Source: a virus (lineage: Duplodnaviria; Caudoviricetes). From it: a stretch of 32,704 nucleotides of DNA. The position numbers and the translations under genes were made by a program. Location of the stretch: positions 1-32,704 of the IMG/VR virus record IMGVR_UViG_3300037045_000332; one strand, given 5' to 3'. Below are positions 1 through 8,487 of the stretch, in pieces (the first letter of the stretch is position 1; each line of letters starts with the position of its first letter). The notes under the pieces were generated by a model. The model did no database searches. It was not told where the DNA came from and saw nothing but the letters and a program-made list of their open reading frames with translations.

Positions 1-972
1 ATGAAAAATCTATCGTATGATGATCTGCGGGCCTTATATAAGAGTTTCCTACATAGCCAGGAGATTTCAAAACCGACAATTAATACTGCTTATGGAGACA
101 CCTTCTACCTTTGGAGGAAAGGGAGTAAAGACCTGTTCTGGAATTCAGTGACCGCTGCGGATTTTGAGGATGCGGCAAAGATTGAATTACTAAACGCTCT
201 TACTAAAAACTCAACCGGTAATATTAAATCCCTTGCCAATAATTATTTGTCGCATCTAAGAAGGTTCCATTTATTTTTAGTTTCTGAGGGAACTGCCGAA
301 CCATCTTCGTTCAAGCAAGAGAAGACAGCTATACTTACATATCCTCGTAAAAAGAAAATAGACGTAAATGCTCCCGAACCATCAACCGATCAGGTTGAGT
401 TTTATCTTAAAAAATGGACTGGCCTTGAGAACTACCGCCTACAGGAGGATGCTCTTAATAAATTGTTTTTTGAGTTATGCCCAAGAAATATAGACGTAAT
501 CGATATTCTTTTGAAGACATCAACGCTAAACAGCTTTTATAGTACCAACATTTTTTCGGTATATCCTGTGGCAAAGCATATTTGCGCTCTAGATATTGAT
601 TCAAGACTAATAGCTGGGGATGTTACCCTAGTTCGGGATATCCAATATATTACTGTCAGTGATATCCAGAAGAATTTTTACTCCTTTGCCTCAAAATACT
701 GTAGCCATCATAATCCTCTCGACTATCCAATTTATGATAGTTTCGTTGATAAGGTTCTACGTTATTTTAGAAATCGTGATCTCTTCTCAGTATTTGATGA
801 TGGGGACTTGAAGGACTATATTAAGTTTAAGAGTATTCTGATTGATTTCCGCAAGTTCTATGGCTTGGATAAATACAACCTGAAGCAAATCGACCAGTAT
901 ATTTGGCTGCTCGGAAAGGATTACTTTCCGAAAAATTATGGAAAGAAAAAGAAAGGAGACAAGACATTATGA
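1..972 (+). CDS. Hypothetical protein with a C-terminal HhH-GPD/OGG-like DNA glycosylase-type domain and an N-terminal helical domain
   Basis: 323 aa ORF. SFASKYCSHHNPLDYPIYDSFV resembles the HhH second helix plus catalytic Asp (PxxD), and C-terminal IDQYIW resembles the LDxxLW ending of OGG/AGOG-like enzymes. The N-terminal ~95 aa (YKSFL...SKPTINT...YLSHLRRFHLFL) look like an integrase SAM-like helical domain. Confidence 0.5.
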   Translation: MKNLSYDDLRALYKSFLHSQEISKPTINTAYGDTFYLWRKGSKDLFWNSVTAADFEDAAKIELLNALTKNSTGNIKSLANNYLSHLRRFHLFLVSEGTAEPSSFKQEKTAILTYPRKKKIDVNAPEPSTDQVEFYLKKWTGLENYRLQEDALNKLFFELCPRNIDVIDILLKTSTLNSFYSTNIFSVYPVAKHICALDIDSRLIAGDVTLVRDIQYITVSDIQKNFYSFASKYCSHHNPLDYPIYDSFVDKVLRYFRNRDLFSVFDDGDLKDYIKFKSILIDFRKFYGLDKYNLKQIDQYIWLLGKDYFPKNYGKKKKGDKTL

Positions 973-1976
973 AGATTCATTATTTTCAAAGATATCATGA
1001 GAAAGAGAATGTGGCTACCGCAAATACAATGTTGCTATTGTCCCGACTTTACTCATACTCTTCAGAGAAATTCTTTCGGTTTTTGAAATCAGAGTTCTTT
1101 TCAGATTCCTTTGAGCCTGAGATAGTTTTCAATCTACAGGAAAAAAGCATCGAAAGTATTCCGGATGCTACAATTACACAGGAAAGCTTCAAAATTGTTG
1201 TTGAGACTAAATTGTCTGACTGGTTTTACTCAGATCAGCTTCTACGGCATTTGAAATCATTTAGTGATGAGAAATATAAAGTGATGATTACTTTAGCGCC
1301 GGAGTTGATGGATTCAGAAAAGAAAAAAGAGTTCGAAATACAACTGAAGGATTTTAACACAAGCCAAACATATCCAGTTATGCACATTAATACCACCTTC
1401 GAAGGGGTTGTCAATGCGATACAAGATGTTGTTGATGATAAGGATTATGAAATGCAGGAGGTTCTGGATGATTACCTGAATTACTGTTATAGAGATAGGC
1501 TAATTATTGTTTCAGATTCATGGAAGCGAATGAGGGTTCAACTTGCTGGTAAAACATTTGATTTTAATGTAAAAGAAAACCTCTACTACGATAACATTGA
1601 TCGCGGCTTTAGTGCCCATGATTACCTAGGTTTATACAAAGAAAAAAGTGTAAGAGCAATAGGAAAAATCAATACAATCATCACAGGAGTTGTTACAAAT
1701 GCGGGAATTGAATACAAAGCTGAACTTGGATACCTGACCGATGAAAGAAAGCAGCAAATAAATCGAGCAATAGAAGATGGGAAAAACTATGGTTATGTGT
1801 TGGATGCCATCAGATACTTTTTTGTAGACAAATTTTATGAAGCTGACTTTAAGAAGATAACTCCAAAAGCACCGAGGGGATCACGGGTATTTGATTTGAC
1901 ACAAATTCTGGATACAGAACAATTACCTAATCTGGAAGAATTCGCAAAAAATCTTACCAGTAAAACATGGGGATAA
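969..1976 (+). CDS. PD-(D/E)XK nuclease-family protein with an additional C-terminal domain
   Basis: N-terminal EN...T motif followed by IPDATI...IVVETKL (PD...ExK). The real start is probably ATG 969, which overlaps the upstream stop (ATGA) and has RBS AAGGAG just upstream, rather than 903. Confidence 0.7.
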   Translation: MKIHYFQRYHEKENVATANTMLLLSRLYSYSSEKFFRFLKSEFFSDSFEPEIVFNLQEKSIESIPDATITQESFKIVVETKLSDWFYSDQLLRHLKSFSDEKYKVMITLAPELMDSEKKKEFEIQLKDFNTSQTYPVMHINTTFEGVVNAIQDVVDDKDYEMQEVLDDYLNYCYRDRLIIVSDSWKRMRVQLAGKTFDFNVKENLYYDNIDRGFSAHDYLGLYKEKSVRAIGKINTIITGVVTNAGIEYKAELGYLTDERKQQINRAIEDGKNYGYVLDAIRYFFVDKFYEADFKKITPKAPRGSRVFDLTQILDTEQLPNLEEFAKNLTSKTWG

Positions 1977-1994
1977 GAAGGGGAGGGAAATGAT

Positions 1995-2492
1995 ATGAGT
2001 AGAGCGTTAACAGAGAAAGAGGTATTACACAAATTAGATATTCCTGATTTTAGATATTTATCAAAGGATAAGGTGATGACTTTTGCATCAATGCTTACAG
2101 AAATGGATCCAGAGGTTGCAAAAAAAGCACTTGAACAGTTCCCGGAATTTGCAAAAACAGTATTAGAGATAACAAAAGATTATCAGGCTACTCTTGAAAA
2201 AGCTATGCTGGATAATTCACAAAGTGTTAAGGTGTACTATGATGCTTGTACGACTATAATTGAATCATTACAAAAGGAACTTGAGAACGACCATCTAACC
2301 TTTGAAGAGAGAATGGAAATCTCGGATAAAATGATAGAAATATCAAAAATGATGGGGGAAAAGGATACAGAGAATAAAGGGTATAATATTAAGGTAATAG
2401 CAATTATTGGAGTTGCAGCAGCTGCAGTAGTTGGAGGAGTTGCAGCAGTTCTTGGTGTAAATACAAATTTAAATCTACCTAAAAAAAGGTGA
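1995..2492 (+). CDS. Hypothetical helical protein with a C-terminal transmembrane helix
   Basis: 165 aa with RBS GGAGG. Hydrophobic Gly/Ala-rich segment VIAIIGVAAAAVVGGVAAVLGV followed by a basic tail (PKKR). Confidence 0.7.
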   Translation: MSRALTEKEVLHKLDIPDFRYLSKDKVMTFASMLTEMDPEVAKKALEQFPEFAKTVLEITKDYQATLEKAMLDNSQSVKVYYDACTTIIESLQKELENDHLTFEERMEISDKMIEISKMMGEKDTENKGYNIKVIAIIGVAAAAVVGGVAAVLGVNTNLNLPKKR

Positions 2493-3205
2493 CGATATTG
2501 GGAAAGCAAGAGCAAAAGCAATTTCCGTTAGAAAGTAAAAGTAATTGCTGCCTATATTTATGCCGTATCATTTCGTCATGTGAATTGTGTATGGATAGAT
2601 TTAAAAAATATAATTCTGAGGCAAGAGAGGTTTTAAATAGACAAAGAGGTTCTGATACTATCTCATCAGATGTTTACACTGATTTGTGTGACAAAACATA
2701 TAACGTAATGTGTTATCTTCTCAATTTACTTGGAGACAGTCAAAAATCATCAATATCTTATTATAAGTATAGAAACCAAATACAGAAAAGAATTAATAGC
2801 GGGAATACAGATATTCAACTATATGCTATTCCTGATGAAGTTTCAGAAATAATAGGTGACTTCAATAAGATGAGAAATTGGCTGAATCATATTCCTGAAT
2901 CACTTCTAGTTGCTGAAATGGAACTGGTTGACAATGGTAGCATGAAGTTTCCGTTAAATCCGGTAGATATTATGCATTACAACAGTGTCACATATGAATA
3001 CTTCGAGCATCTATATCTATCTAATAGTGAGTTTTGCGTTAACGCAAGAAAAATAATTCAAGCTGCAAAAAAAGACTATTCCTTGTTGATGGGAAAATCA
3101 ATATCTTATCCAAGAGTATACACGAATAAACCATTGGGCATAGATAAAAGTTTACCTACTATGCAATCAGCAAAAGTTCAAGGATTAAAGAGTGAGAGAG
3201 ATTAG
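2489..3205 (+). CDS. Putative HEPN-domain RNase
   Basis: 238 aa, largely helical-looking, with an R-x4-H motif (RNWLNH) in the usual HEPN context DFNKMRNWLNH. GTGA overlap with the upstream stop. Confidence 0.55.
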   Translation: MTILGKQEQKQFPLESKSNCCLYLCRIISSCELCMDRFKKYNSEAREVLNRQRGSDTISSDVYTDLCDKTYNVMCYLLNLLGDSQKSSISYYKYRNQIQKRINSGNTDIQLYAIPDEVSEIIGDFNKMRNWLNHIPESLLVAEMELVDNGSMKFPLNPVDIMHYNSVTYEYFEHLYLSNSEFCVNARKIIQAAKKDYSLLMGKSISYPRVYTNKPLGIDKSLPTMQSAKVQGLKSERD

Positions 3206-3406
3206 TCGGCCTGTTTCTGCAGACTACTAAAAGTAGTTGAAATGTCACCACCTACCGTCAATGCGCCATAACGACGGTTGACTTGTTATTGAGAACCCTA
3301 AAATCAATAATGAAAGCTCGGACAACATTTAGACAGTTATCTTGACGGAGAAAATAGACAGCTGACCATCAAGAGTTATCTTAATTAAACGTAATTTGAA
3401 AGTGAT

Positions 3407-3450
3407 AAAAGCACTGAAACAGTGTAAATTGCGCTGTTTCAGTGCTTTTT
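3407..3450. terminator. Intrinsic terminator, probably bidirectional
   Basis: 16-bp perfect inverted repeat AAAAGCACTGAAACAG / CTGTTTCAGTGCTTTT with flanking A and T tracts. Confidence 0.8.
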
Positions 3451-3682
3451 GACACAAGGGATTACTTTCAAGAAAAATAAAATTTATAATCAGCATAGAC
3501 AATTAGCATTTCACCAATATATAGTTTTTCATTCTTTACCTGGTGAGTTATAATAATATTATTGGAGTCGTTTTGGACATGAGTCATAAATTTAGATGAA
3601 GTATGGTGTATAAAGTTACGTACATAACTAACTACAATTTGAAATAGTAATCACGATACAAGTAATCGGAGGTGTCAATCAT

Positions 3683-6547
3683 ATGTTTAATTTTCAGAAC
3701 TCAAATGATAGTCAGCGACTTGCTATCGAATCCGTTGACGGACCTGTTCTTATTACTGCCGGCCCTGGTACTGGAAAAACTTATACCTTGGTTCAACGAG
3801 CTATCTATATGATTCAAGAACGTGGTGTTAAACCGGAACAAATTCTTATGGCTACTTTTACTGAAAAAGCTGCTAAGGAACTCGTAACTCGAATCACCAA
3901 TGAACTCACTGCTCGCAATATCATCGTTAATATAAACGAAATGTACGTCGGCACGTTTCATTCCCTTTGTCTTCGAATTATAAAGGAACATCTTGAATAT
4001 ACCCGTCTAAAGAAAAACTTCCGCACATTGGATGCATTTGATCAGAGTTATACTATATTCCAAAATATTGCTAGATTTCGAAGTATACCTGGCTTAGGCT
4101 CGTTGTTATCAAACACTGGAGCCTGGCGTCAATCGGGAGAAATCTGCGGTTTAGTAAATAATCTCTCTGAGGAACTAGTTGACACAGTCAAATTGAAAGC
4201 AGACCCCAACCCACAGATTGAAACTTTGGGAAATGTTCTTGAAATGTATCAAAAGGTTCTTGCAGATAATAATTTGATGGATTTTTCCTCGATCCAGACG
4301 GAAGCATATTGGCTACTAAAAAATAACCCTGCAATTCTTAAAGAAATCCAAAGTAAGATTCAATATATTATGATAGATGAATATCAGGATACAAATTACA
4401 TACAAGAGCAAATTGTATTCTTGCTTGGAGATATTCACCGTAATATATGCGTTGTAGGTGACGATGATCAAGGACTTTATCGCTTCAGGGGTGCAACTAT
4501 CCGAAATATACTTGAGTTTCCCTCGAAATTCGGGATTAAGGAGTGTAAGATAATCCCTCTCGTGGTTAACTACCGGTCGGACAGTACTATTGTAGATTTT
4601 TATAATGAATGGATGAACACAACTGATGGTGCACGGTTCCGTTTCCGCTGGAATAAATTCCGTTATGACAAAACGATAGAACCTCATGAAATATCCAGTC
4701 TTAAAAGCACCGCGGCAGTAAAGTTGACAAGCGAGGGTGATGAAGATGAATGGGGCATGAAAATTCTGGAGTTTATCTCAAACCTCAAGGCTTCTGGGCA
4801 GTTGGAAGACTACAATCAAATTGCGTTTCTCTTCAACTCCGTAAAGCATGCACGCGTCACAAGATTAGCACGGTTTTTGGAGTCAAATGGAATCAATGTT
4901 TATTCTCCACGATCGGATATGTTTTTTCAGCGTGACGAAATCCAGCTTATGATTGGCTTTCTTATGTTGATGTTCCCTAAGTATGTTTTGGGGTTAGAAA
5001 ATATGCAGTATCAGTATCTGCAACCCCAGCACTATACATATTATCGAGGTTGTATCGCATTTGCGAATGCTTACCTGCAAAAACCAGATGCTGCAGATCT
5101 CCGCAACTGGCTCCGACGTCGAGGCAAAATTCATGCAAGCCTAAAAGATAATACTGACTATGCATACACTGGACTAATTTATCAAATGTTCGAATTTTCT
5201 CCTTTTTCGAATTTCTTAGATGCAGATATGCAGGGAGGCGTAGTCGATATGCGTCCGACTAGGAATACTGCGCTTTTCACGCAAGTGGTTGGAAAGTTTG
5301 AATACCTTCATAATGTTGATGTATTTAGTTCCTCGCAAATTGATAAAAACGCTGAACTGTTCTTCAATCTATATTTAAGGTTATTGATTGACGGAGGTAT
5401 TTCCGAGTATGAAGATGATGCGGAATACGCTCCTAGTGGGTGTGTATCATTCCTCACTATTCACCAATCTAAAGGCATGGAATTTCCCATTGTCTTCGTG
5501 GATTCGCTCAGTAATACTCCCAAAAGTTCGTCGAAAGATATCATCAAGGAAGTGGAACGAAAATACTTTAAGCGACAAGCATTTGAACCATATGATCAGA
5601 CAAAGTATTTTGACTTCTGGAGACTATACTATACAGCTTTTTCACGTGCACAAAATTTACTTATTCTAACTTGTAGCGAGGATAAACGTACTCCTAGTAT
5701 GTATTTTCGGGAGGTCTATGAAGCGTTACCAAATATTGAGTCTAAAGAATTCAATATTTCGGAGTTTAGCTTTAAAGACGTAAAAGATGTGAACTTGAAG
5801 GATACTTTCTCCTTTACCTCTCATATTTCTGTTTATGAAACCTGCTCATTGCAGTATAAATTTTATAGAGAACTAGAGTTCTCGCCAGTGCGCGCTAATG
5901 CTATGATATTTGGTATGCTCATCCATCAAACTATTGAAGACATTCATCGTACTGCTCTTCGACATGAGGAGCACCTTATTACTCCTAATAACATTGAGGG
6001 ATGGTTTGATGCAAATTATATCTCTATCACAAAAAGTGAAAGGACCTACCTTGCCACCCCCCAGAAAAAAGCTGCATTGGAGCAGGTTTTGCGTTACGCC
6101 AAGCGCCAAACTGGTCAGTGGCATACACTGAAAGAAGCCGAAGTAAACGTAAGTCTCGTGAAACCCGACTACATAATCGAAGGCACAATTGATCTGATTA
6201 AAGGCGTTGGAGGAACTGTGGAACTTGTAGACTTCAAGTCCGAAAAAAAGCCTGATATTTTTAAAGATACGGAGAGGTTGGAACACTATCGTCGACAGTT
6301 ACAGGTCTATGCACATCTTGTTGAAGAACGAACTGGTCAGAAAGTTAGCAATTTGCATTTATACTATACAGGAGAAGATAGTGGAAGTCCGATCATTACT
6401 TTCCCATATCAGAAGACGGCGGTTGATGCAACGATTAAGACTTTCGATGATACGGTTCATAAAATACTTCGAAAAGAATACAACCAACGGGCTTCCTCTC
6501 AGAAAACATGTAGTGAATGTGACTTTAGATTTTACTGTTCAAAATAA
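3683..6547 (+). CDS. UvrD/PcrA-like SF1 helicase fused to a C-terminal RecB/AddB-like PD-(D/E)XK nuclease with four Cys (probable 4Fe-4S)
   Basis: Helicase motifs AGPGTGKT, DEYQD, VGDDDQGLYRFRGA, NYRS, TIHQSKGMEF, LYYTAFSRA. Nuclease motifs GTIDLI...LVDFKS and QLQVY. Cys at YETCSLQY plus CSECDFRFYC. RBS GGAGG. Confidence 0.92.
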   Translation: MFNFQNSNDSQRLAIESVDGPVLITAGPGTGKTYTLVQRAIYMIQERGVKPEQILMATFTEKAAKELVTRITNELTARNIIVNINEMYVGTFHSLCLRIIKEHLEYTRLKKNFRTLDAFDQSYTIFQNIARFRSIPGLGSLLSNTGAWRQSGEICGLVNNLSEELVDTVKLKADPNPQIETLGNVLEMYQKVLADNNLMDFSSIQTEAYWLLKNNPAILKEIQSKIQYIMIDEYQDTNYIQEQIVFLLGDIHRNICVVGDDDQGLYRFRGATIRNILEFPSKFGIKECKIIPLVVNYRSDSTIVDFYNEWMNTTDGARFRFRWNKFRYDKTIEPHEISSLKSTAAVKLTSEGDEDEWGMKILEFISNLKASGQLEDYNQIAFLFNSVKHARVTRLARFLESNGINVYSPRSDMFFQRDEIQLMIGFLMLMFPKYVLGLENMQYQYLQPQHYTYYRGCIAFANAYLQKPDAADLRNWLRRRGKIHASLKDNTDYAYTGLIYQMFEFSPFSNFLDADMQGGVVDMRPTRNTALFTQVVGKFEYLHNVDVFSSSQIDKNAELFFNLYLRLLIDGGISEYEDDAEYAPSGCVSFLTIHQSKGMEFPIVFVDSLSNTPKSSSKDIIKEVERKYFKRQAFEPYDQTKYFDFWRLYYTAFSRAQNLLILTCSEDKRTPSMYFREVYEALPNIESKEFNISEFSFKDVKDVNLKDTFSFTSHISVYETCSLQYKFYRELEFSPVRANAMIFGMLIHQTIEDIHRTALRHEEHLITPNNIEGWFDANYISITKSERTYLATPQKKAALEQVLRYAKRQTGQWHTLKEAEVNVSLVKPDYIIEGTIDLIKGVGGTVELVDFKSEKKPDIFKDTERLEHYRRQLQVYAHLVEERTGQKVSNLHLYYTGEDSGSPIITFPYQKTAVDATIKTFDDTVHKILRKEYNQRASSQKTCSECDFRFYCSK

Positions 6548-6570
6548 ATACATTTGAAGGAGTACTTACA

Positions 6571-8487
6571 ATGTCAGAAAAATTAACCTATCAATTTTCT
6601 AATCGTCCAACTATAAAGGGCTTTCCTGAACTTCGATGGACAGGGAAACGCCCCTTCCACTCAACGCAGTACTTTCCAGCACAGCTTCGCGAGCGTTATG
6701 GTGTTATAAATGAAGGTTGGAATAACAAGATATTTTGGGGTGATAACCTCCAAGTTATGAGTCATTTGCTAAAAGATTATCTTGGGAAAATAGATCTGAT
6801 TTATATTGACCCACCATTTGATTCTGACGCTGAATACAAGAAGAAAATAATTATGCGTGGGCAAACCATAACAAGTGATAATTCTTCTTTTGAAGAAAAA
6901 CAGTATGGCGATATTTGGACAAATGATGAGTATCTTCAGTTTATGTACGAGAGACTCATACTAATGCGTGAATTACTTTCAGATACCGGAAGTATATTTG
7001 TACATTGCGATTACCGGGTTACGAGCTATATTAGGATCATTCTTGATGAAGTTTTTGGGAATCAAAATCTAAAAAATGAACTCATTTGGCAAGGAGCCAT
7101 TGGTGATACTTCTGCTAAAAATAAAAAGTTTATTAAGTCGCATGACACTATTTGGTTTTATTCCAAGACACAATCGTCTTATTGGAATGAAGTCTTTCAA
7201 GCATTCAGTGATACAAGCGAGAAAATTTATCGTAATCATGATGAGCATGGCTTATATCGGCTTGCGCCAATTGATAATCCAGGTGGAAATGGTTATAAAT
7301 ACTCTCTGGGAATGGGCGAAAAAATGCCATCTAACGGTTATAGAATGCCGAAATCTACTGCATTAGAATGGATTGAACAAGGGATTCTTGATGTCCGCCC
7401 TGATAGGGTACCTGGAAAGAAGATATATAAAAATGATAATGGGGTACGATGTAGAGATGTCTGGACGGATTTAGCCTCTATACAGGGTAATGAGCATCAA
7501 GGTTATCCAACTCAGAAGCCTGAAGCACTTTTGAAACGTATCATTAGTGCAACCACGCTCCCAGGAGGGATTGTATTTGATTGCTTTATGGGTAGTGGTA
7601 CTACGCAGGCTGTGGCAATGAAACTCGGTCGGAGGTTTATTGGCGCTGACATTAATCTAGGTGCGGTTCAAACAACAACGAAGCGACTTATAGCACTTAC
7701 TGATGAATTAAGGGCTACCACAAAGCATTCTCCAGAGCTTATTGGGGAAGAAGATGAGGACAATTGCATTGTTCCCCAGGAAGACATGCTTTATACAGGT
7801 TTTGAAGTTTATAACGTCAATAATTATGATTTCTTCCGAAATCCACTTGAAGCACGCGACCTCCTTGTTGATGCCCTAGATATACAACCGTTCTCACAGA
7901 GCGGAGTATGGGATGGTGAACTTGATGGCCGTATGGTAAAGATCATGCCGGTTAATCGTATAGCAACTAAAGCGGATTTAGAGGAGCTGAAAGCTAATCT
8001 TCCATACAAATTATATGAGATGCGAAAGCAAGAGGATCCAACGCAAAACGTTGAAAGGATAACCTTAGTTTGCATGGGGCACGAGCCTGATTTAAAGGCT
8101 TCTCTGGAAGCAGAATTATCTGAATATAAATTAGATATTCAAATTGTTGATATTCTACGTGATAAATCTGATTTACAGCTCAAACGTGAGGCTGAAGCTG
8201 AAGTTGCAATTGAAGGAGGCCAGTTGGTTATCCGAGCATTCTATCCATTGAATCTTATGCAAAAGTTATCACTTCAAAAGGAGTTTGTTGAGGATTGGCG
8301 TCAACTTGTAGAGTCCATAATGATTGATTGGAATTATGATGGTGTGGTTATGGAACCTACCATTACGGATGTGCCAGGCAAGCGGGATATGGTAAAGGGA
8401 TTTTATGATATTCCTGATAACGCTGGAACTATAAAGGTGAAAATAACTGACCTGCTTTCTGAGTCCCTGGAAATGGAGGTGAACTGA
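6571..8487 (+). CDS. mod: Site-specific N6A/N4C DNA methyltransferase, Type III Mod-like (beta class)
   Basis: GDNL, IDLIYIDPPF (motif IV), YPTQKPEALL and DCFMGSGTT (motif I) in beta order. Stop overlaps the Res start (TGATG). Confidence 0.9.
   Translation: MSEKLTYQFSNRPTIKGFPELRWTGKRPFHSTQYFPAQLRERYGVINEGWNNKIFWGDNLQVMSHLLKDYLGKIDLIYIDPPFDSDAEYKKKIIMRGQTITSDNSSFEEKQYGDIWTNDEYLQFMYERLILMRELLSDTGSIFVHCDYRVTSYIRIILDEVFGNQNLKNELIWQGAIGDTSAKNKKFIKSHDTIWFYSKTQSSYWNEVFQAFSDTSEKIYRNHDEHGLYRLAPIDNPGGNGYKYSLGMGEKMPSNGYRMPKSTALEWIEQGILDVRPDRVPGKKIYKNDNGVRCRDVWTDLASIQGNEHQGYPTQKPEALLKRIISATTLPGGIVFDCFMGSGTTQAVAMKLGRRFIGADINLGAVQTTTKRLIALTDELRATTKHSPELIGEEDEDNCIVPQEDMLYTGFEVYNVNNYDFFRNPLEARDLLVDALDIQPFSQSGVWDGELDGRMVKIMPVNRIATKADLEELKANLPYKLYEMRKQEDPTQNVERITLVCMGHEPDLKASLEAELSEYKLDIQIVDILRDKSDLQLKREAEAEVAIEGGQLVIRAFYPLNLMQKLSLQKEFVEDWRQLVESIMIDWNYDGVVMEPTITDVPGKRDMVKGFYDIPDNAGTIKVKITDLLSESLEMEVN

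Noticed and set aside
903-968. N-terminal extension of the PD-(D/E)XK ORF
   Set aside because: It overlaps the upstream gene. The RBS and ATGA coupling support a start at 969.
3683-6547. Housekeeping pcrA/addA or Gabija GajB
   Set aside because: It has a fused Fe-S nuclease and lacks an addB or OLD-family GajA neighbour. It is embedded in an RM operon.
6571-8487. Phase-variable simple-sequence repeat in mod
   Set aside because: No long homopolymer or tandem repeat tract was seen in the gene or its leader.
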